From Bacteroidota bacterium (GTDB taxonomy: Bacteria; Bacteroidota; Ignavibacteria; UBA10030; UBA8401), in the NCBI GenBank assembly GCA_028749215.1, contig JAQUOA010000002.1, positions 1-39,884 on the forward strand: a stretch of 39,884 nt of DNA. Reading direction: 5' to 3'. The notes below the pieces were generated by a model that saw only the letters and a list, made by a program, of their open reading frames with translations, did no database searches and was not told the origin of the DNA. Position 1 is the first letter of the stretch. The number at the start of each line of letters is the position of its first letter. Below, piece after piece: positions 34,768 to 39,884 of this stretch. The translations under genes and the position numbers were made by a program.

Positions 34768-36953
34768 TGAATCCAATGAATCGTTCCGATTTTCACGCCA
34801 AAGTACTGTCGTACCTCGATAAGCATCCTCACGAAGGATTCAAATCACGCCAGCTGAAACGCCGATTGAACATCACCACCGATTATGAATTCGAAACGCT
34901 TCGCGATGTTCTGCATAAAATGGTGAACAAGGGTGAGTTAGCGTGGACAAAAAATCGGGGATACCATCGTGTAAAAACTGCATCCCATGGAATTGTGGGG
35001 ACCATTGCAATGTACAAACAGGGCTTTGCTGTTGTAACGACAGAGGGAGGAGAAGAAGTGTACGTGGATAAGGAATCGTACAGCACGGCACTGAACGGCG
35101 ATACTATTGAAGTAGCATTATTGGCGGCTAAAAAGAAAACAAAAAATATTGAACAGCGCATTGAAGGAGAAGTGGTGAATGTTCTTAAGCGCGCGCAAAC
35201 TGAGTTTGTGGGTACGCTGCAGCGAAGTCAAAATTTCTATTTTGTGCTGCCCGACGATGCAAAAATGCCGAGAGATATTTATGTAGCAGGTGAAGCTATA
35301 CAAGATGCTCGTTCCGGGGATAAAGTGTTGGTGGAATTGCTTGAATGGAATGATCCGGCGAGGAACCCTGAGGGTAAAGTAATTTCGGTGCTGGGGAAGG
35401 CCGGCGATCCGTTTGTGGAACTGCAGTCGGTGATTAAAGCGTTCCGCTTGCCGACATCGTTTCCTAAAAATGTAGAGCATGAAGTTGCCGGTATTCCGAA
35501 TACACTGCCGCAGGAAGAAATAAAAAAGCGCCTCGACTTACGGAAAAAAATTATTGTCACCATCGATCCGCACGATGCAAAAGATTTTGACGATGCGTTG
35601 TCGATTGAGAAACTGGATGATTCAACCTATCAGCTTGGAGTCCATATTGCGGATGTGAGCGCGTACGTGAAAGAAGGAACGGAGCTTGACAAGGAGGCAT
35701 ATGCCCGCGGCACGAGTGTGTACTTGGCCAACCAGGTCGTTCCCATGCTTCCCGAAAAACTTTCCAATGCACTCTGCAGTTTAATGCCGAATGTTGACCG
35801 CTATGCGTACTCGTGCATGATGACCATAACCGCTACCGGAAAAGTGAAAGAGCACTCCTTTGCACGAAGCGTCATCAATTCCAAACGGCGCTTCACCTAT
35901 GAGGAAGTTGAAAAAATTCTTGACGATAAAAAAGGAGACTTTAGTGCAGAGTTAACCTTGTTGTGGACGCTGGCAAGCACGCTGCGCAAGAAAAGGATGA
36001 AGAACGGCAGTGTTGATTTTGATTCCCCCGAAGCGAAATTTCGGTACGACGAAAAAGGAAAGCCGGTGGAAATTCTAATAAAGAAAAGATTGAAAAGTCA
36101 TCAACTGGTTGAAGAGTGTATGCTGCTGGCAAATCAAACGGTCGCACAGCATATTTCTCCCGTAAAGAAGAAAAATGAAATTCAGCCGTTTGTGTACCGT
36201 GTTCACGATGTACCGGACCCCGACAAATTGCGCTCTCTTTCACAATTTGTGCAGCAGTTAGGCCATCCATTAAACATTACCGGCTCTGCATCGTCTAAAG
36301 AATTGCAGAAACTTCTTGAAAGCGTTAAAGGTACAAAAGAAGAAAATTTGATTAACGAAGTGGCGCTTCGAAGCATGGCAAAAGCGATCTATTCGCCTGA
36401 TAATATCGGTCATTATGGATTAGCGTTCGATCATTACACGCACTTTACTTCGCCTATTCGCCGGTACCCGGATTTGCTGGTGCATCGCTTGCTGGATGAG
36501 TACAGCCGCGGCATCAGCGAGTCGAGAAAAGAATATTATGCGAAGCGATTGAAAGAGTGGTGCAAGCATTGTTCGGACCGCGAGCGCGTTGCCGCCGAGG
36601 CTGAACGCGAATCGGTGAAGGTGATGCAGGTGGAGTACATGAAACAGCACATTGGAGATGAATTTGAAGGAATTATTTCCGGCGTGATGCAATTCGGCAT
36701 TTTTATCGAGATCAACGATCTGCTGGTGGAAGGATTGCTGCATGTGCGCGATATGGACGGTGATTTTTATTCGTACGATGAAAAACAGTATGCGCTCATT
36801 GGTGAACGAAAGGGGCAGCGCTACCGCCTGGGTGATTCGATAATTGTAAAGGTTGCCAAAGTCGATCCCGAACGCCGAAAGATTGATTTTGTCCCCGCAG
36901 AAATTGATATTTCTATTACAGAGAAGAAAAAGTCTAAACGGCGCCGGCACTAA
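34767..36953 (+). CDS. rnr: Ribonuclease R
   Basis: The start overlaps the tamB stop (TAATG). RNB catalytic motifs: IVTIDPHDAKDFDDALS and HYGLAFDHYTHFTSPIRRYPDLLVHRLL. A C-terminal S1 domain (FEGIISGVMQFGIFIEI...) and a basic tail follow. Confidence 0.93.
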   Translation: MNPMNRSDFHAKVLSYLDKHPHEGFKSRQLKRRLNITTDYEFETLRDVLHKMVNKGELAWTKNRGYHRVKTASHGIVGTIAMYKQGFAVVTTEGGEEVYVDKESYSTALNGDTIEVALLAAKKKTKNIEQRIEGEVVNVLKRAQTEFVGTLQRSQNFYFVLPDDAKMPRDIYVAGEAIQDARSGDKVLVELLEWNDPARNPEGKVISVLGKAGDPFVELQSVIKAFRLPTSFPKNVEHEVAGIPNTLPQEEIKKRLDLRKKIIVTIDPHDAKDFDDALSIEKLDDSTYQLGVHIADVSAYVKEGTELDKEAYARGTSVYLANQVVPMLPEKLSNALCSLMPNVDRYAYSCMMTITATGKVKEHSFARSVINSKRRFTYEEVEKILDDKKGDFSAELTLLWTLASTLRKKRMKNGSVDFDSPEAKFRYDEKGKPVEILIKKRLKSHQLVEECMLLANQTVAQHISPVKKKNEIQPFVYRVHDVPDPDKLRSLSQFVQQLGHPLNITGSASSKELQKLLESVKGTKEENLINEVALRSMAKAIYSPDNIGHYGLAFDHYTHFTSPIRRYPDLLVHRLLDEYSRGISESRKEYYAKRLKEWCKHCSDRERVAAEAERESVKVMQVEYMKQHIGDEFEGIISGVMQFGIFIEINDLLVEGLLHVRDMDGDFYSYDEKQYALIGERKGQRYRLGDSIIVKVAKVDPERRKIDFVPAEIDISITEKKKSKRRRH

Positions 36954-37002
36954 TTTTTTTGCTGCGGTGTTCATATAAGGAAGAGTTATTGATGAGGAGC
37001 TT

Positions 37003-39884
37003 ATGAAAAAAGCAGTGGTGATCGCGTTGTTGATGGTGATGAACATTGTTTTTGCACAAGAAGGAAACTTCGGCAAAAATAAAGTTCAGTATAAACACTT
37101 CAATTGGTCGTACATCCAGACCGATCACTTTGATATTTATTTCTACCAAGGCGGAGAAAAGATTGCAAACTTCACTGCCGCTGCCGCAGAATCTGCGTAC
37201 ACTTCTATCAGCAAATCATTTCGCTATCAGCTCAACAACCGCGTTCCGATTATGGTGTACAATTCCCACAACGATTTCCAGCAAACCAATGTGGTGGGTG
37301 AATATTTAGAAGAGGGAATCGGAGGTGTCACGGAATTGTTTAAGAACCGCGTCGTGCTTCCGTATGAAGGAAGTTACCGTCTGTTCCGCCACGTCATTCA
37401 CCATGAACTTGTGCATGCGGTGCTCAACGACATGTTTTACGGCGGATCTATTCAGTCAATTATTTCAAACAACATTCGTATCCAGCTTCCGGCGTGGATG
37501 AATGAAGGCCTGGCGGAATACGAAGCGCTGAAATGGGATATTAATTCCGATATGTTCATGCGAGATGCAACCATCCACACGTACCTTCCGCCGATTGAAT
37601 ATCTTGGCGGATACTTTGCGTACCGCGGCGGGCAATCGGTATGGTTTTATATCGCCAACAAGTACGGCGACCAAAAAATTGCCGAAGTACTGCACCGCGT
37701 GAAAGGGGCGCGCAGTCTCGATGCCGGATTCAAGTCGGCAATAGGGCTGACGGTGAGCGAGCTTTCCGAGCGCTGGCAGAAAGAACAAAAGGTGATGTAC
37801 TGGCCCGATGTGGCAAAACGTGATGACCCTGCGGATTTCGCCACACGGGTTACCAATCACGTAAAAGAAAATAATTTTTATAACACCAGCCCGGCAATTT
37901 CTCCGCAAGGCGACAAGATTGCCTTCATTTCGGATCGGGATGATTATTTTGACGTGTTTGTGATTTCGACAATCGATAATAAAATTAAGAAAATAGTTGA
38001 CGGACAGCGGACGAAAAATTTTGAGGAGCTGCATCTGCTTACGCCAGGGATGTCGTGGTCGCCCGACGGGAAGAAAATTGCACTGGCGGTGAAAAGCGGC
38101 GAGCATGATGCCGTCTACATTATTGATGTTGCCAGCGGCGACGAAGAAAAATTGGAGTTCGATCTGGATGGAATTTTTTCAGTCGACTGGTCTAAGAAGG
38201 AAGATAAGATCGTTTTTGTGGGGAACACGTCGTATCAATCCGATATTTATTTGTACGATTTGAAAACCAAACAGCTAACTAATCTGACGGACGATATTTT
38301 TTCCGATTCCGACCCTGTGTTTTCGCCTGATGGAAAGACGGTGTACTTTGCGTCAGATCGGCGCGATTTCGTCAATCCGCTGTACCATCCGGAAAATTTT
38401 AGAATGGCGCGGTTCGATTATTCCCAACTCGATATCTATTCCATGGATCTATCTACGAAAGCCATTAAGCGTGTTATCGCTTACGATGGAAGCGACGAAA
38501 CAGCGCCTGTGTTCTCTCCGGATGGAACAAAAATGCTTTACGTCTCGGACAGGAACGGCATTAGCAATGTGTATGAACGGAATCTTCGCACGGGTGAAGA
38601 CAGGCCGATTACGAATTCTATCACCGGTGTGTATCAACTTTCACTTTCGGCCGATGGGAACAAGCTGGCATTTTCGTCGTTGACTCATGCCGGATTCGAT
38701 ATTTTCCTTCTTAAAACACCCTTCGAAAGAAAATTGACGACTGCAGAACTTGAACCGACAGAATACATTAAACGCCAGAGACTTCTTGCACAAAAGAGTG
38801 TTGATTCTGCTGCCGTAAAAAATTTAACCGCTTCAGCGCAGGATACCGCCAGCGTGTATGGGGAGAACGTTCACATCGATTTCAATAACTATGTCTTTTC
38901 CGATGAAGCCGCACGCGAACATGAACAGACCTATTATACACCGGGGAAAGAAAAAGATATCGCCGTTACCAATAATTTGGATGAGGACAGCAACTTCATC
39001 GTCAACAAGTATAAATTAAATTTTTCGCCCGATATTATTTACGGCAATGCCGCCTTCAGCACATTCTACGGCGTGCAGGGAACGACCATGATGGCGTTCA
39101 GCGATATGCTTGGCGACCACCAAATTTATTTCCTGACAAACCTGCTTCTTGACTTGAAGAACAGCGACTATGTGCTGGCGTATTATTATTTACCCGACCT
39201 GATTGATTGGGGTATTCAAGGGTACCACAGTGCGCGATTTTTATATATTCAAGATCCCAATAACGGCGGTGTCTCGTTATTTCGTTTCCGTACGTGGGGT
39301 GTCGGAATTTCTGCGTCGCTGCCTTTAGACAGATTCAACCGCCTTGAAGGAACATTAGGGTGGATGAATTTGCTGCGAGAAAATCTTGATTACGTGAGCG
39401 ATGCTCAGCAGAGCCGGGAGTTAATCATTCCGTCGCTCAGTTATGTTCACGACAATACGCTGTGGGGATATACCGCGCCGAACAATGGAACCCGATACAA
39501 TATCAACGCCATGATCAGCCCGAAACTGGGATCGGCATCGTTGGATTTTCAAACCTACACATTCGATTACCGCACGTACACGAAATTCTGGGGTAACTAT
39601 TCATTCGTGATGCGCTATTCCGGAGGTGCGAGTGTCGGGAAAAATGCGCAGCGATTTTTTATCGGAGGGACGGAAGGATGGATCAACCGTGAATTTGAAA
39701 ACGGGGGTATTCCAATTAACAATGTTGATGACTATGCGTTCCTTGCGCCGGCGCTTCCTCTGCGCGGATACAATTATAATGTGAAGAACGGAACAAAATT
39801 CGGTTTAATCAACTACGAGCTTCGGTATCCGTTCATTCAGTATTTAGTCACGGGCGGCTTGCCCATTGCCTTTAACAATATTAC
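37003..39884 (+). CDS. Fusion protein of a gluzincin-type HExxH peptidase domain, PD40 (TolB-like) beta-propeller repeats and an Omp85-like beta-barrel (3'-truncated by the window edge)
   Basis: This ORF is absent from the ORF track because it has no stop. I translated frame 1 from ATG 37003 (GAGGAG at 36994-36999) to the window end without meeting a stop. Signal peptide MKKAVVIALLMVMNIVFAQ. HELVH is at 37402-37416 and WMNEGLAEY places a Glu 30 residues after the second His. PD40 repeats include ISPQGDKIAFISDR, WSPDGKKIAL, FSPDGKTVYFASDR and FSPDGTKMLYVSDRNG. Omp85-like motifs near the end: RFFIGGTEGWI...LPLRGYNY...INYELRYPF. Confidence 0.75.
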   Translation, partial: MKKAVVIALLMVMNIVFAQEGNFGKNKVQYKHFNWSYIQTDHFDIYFYQGGEKIANFTAAAAESAYTSISKSFRYQLNNRVPIMVYNSHNDFQQTNVVGEYLEEGIGGVTELFKNRVVLPYEGSYRLFRHVIHHELVHAVLNDMFYGGSIQSIISNNIRIQLPAWMNEGLAEYEALKWDINSDMFMRDATIHTYLPPIEYLGGYFAYRGGQSVWFYIANKYGDQKIAEVLHRVKGARSLDAGFKSAIGLTVSELSERWQKEQKVMYWPDVAKRDDPADFATRVTNHVKENNFYNTSPAISPQGDKIAFISDRDDYFDVFVISTIDNKIKKIVDGQRTKNFEELHLLTPGMSWSPDGKKIALAVKSGEHDAVYIIDVASGDEEKLEFDLDGIFSVDWSKKEDKIVFVGNTSYQSDIYLYDLKTKQLTNLTDDIFSDSDPVFSPDGKTVYFASDRRDFVNPLYHPENFRMARFDYSQLDIYSMDLSTKAIKRVIAYDGSDETAPVFSPDGTKMLYVSDRNGISNVYERNLRTGEDRPITNSITGVYQLSLSADGNKLAFSSLTHAGFDIFLLKTPFERKLTTAELEPTEYIKRQRLLAQKSVDSAAVKNLTASAQDTASVYGENVHIDFNNYVFSDEAAREHEQTYYTPGKEKDIAVTNNLDEDSNFIVNKYKLNFSPDIIYGNAAFSTFYGVQGTTMMAFSDMLGDHQIYFLTNLLLDLKNSDYVLAYYYLPDLIDWGIQGYHSARFLYIQDPNNGGVSLFRFRTWGVGISASLPLDRFNRLEGTLGWMNLLRENLDYVSDAQQSRELIIPSLSYVHDNTLWGYTAPNNGTRYNINAMISPKLGSASLDFQTYTFDYRTYTKFWGNYSFVMRYSGGASVGKNAQRFFIGGTEGWINREFENGGIPINNVDDYAFLAPALPLRGYNYNVKNGTKFGLINYELRYPFIQYLVTGGLPIAFNNI

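Noticed and set aside
36420-38106. Long minus-strand ORFs (36420-37076, 218 aa; 37465-38106, 213 aa)
   Set aside because: They lie entirely within rnr and the peptidase-PD40-Omp85 gene on the + strand. Their translations are low-complexity and motif-free, so they are shadow ORFs.
1-39884. Scan for CRISPR arrays, tRNA/rRNA genes and IS/transposase/integrase genes
   Set aside because: I saw no regularly spaced direct repeats, no T-loop/acceptor-like tRNA structure in the intergenic gaps (1243-1422, 13284-13427, 16210-16342, 18701-18905, 28590-28813) and no DDE or tyrosine-recombinase-like ORF.

Overview
This 39.9-kb chromosomal segment carries 30 protein-coding genes, and I read all of them on the + strand. 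I recognised no rRNA, tRNA, CRISPR array, transposase or integrase. The many secreted proteins ending in 'NYPNPFNP...KKMxLxK' type IX secretion (T9SS) C-terminal sorting domains suggest an FCB-superphylum organism, possibly Ignavibacteria-like; that is inference, not a search result.

Layout:
- 1-7850: housekeeping genes. These are ffh (5'-truncated), rpsP, a KH-domain gene, rimM, trmD, rplS, an MqnA-like gene, recN, a stand-alone four-helix-bundle ('23S rRNA IVS') gene and cysS.
- 7904-11971: a four-gene envelope cluster closed by an intrinsic terminator. Two predicted outer-membrane barrels flank two paralogous lipoproteins. One lipoprotein has an extreme Tyr/Trp-rich segment. The other has a single CxxCH motif. 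Both carry Arg-rich low-complexity tails.
- 12099-16209: an output-less response regulator, a membrane metallophosphoesterase, a DinB-family protein and a Ca2+/H+ antiporter.
- 16343-28539: a T9SS-linked surface locus. It holds a GHL10-type glycosidase-like T9SS cargo followed by a tight six-gene operon. The operon encodes a SusC-like TonB-dependent barrel, a 694-aa unknown protein with a divergent sorting-domain-like C-terminus, a small lipoprotein, a PorV/PorQ-like barrel, an IPT/TIG beta-propeller lipoprotein and a T9SS beta-propeller. It has no SusD-like gene.
- 28814-39884: split hldA/hldC, tamB, rnr and a 3'-truncated gene fusing an HExxH peptidase, PD40 propeller repeats and an Omp85-like barrel.

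The best candidates for undescribed biology are the six-gene TonB/T9SS operon, the barrel/lipoprotein cluster at 7.9-12 kb, and the peptidase-propeller-Omp85 fusion near tamB. All functional calls rest on motif recognition by eye. No database search was run.
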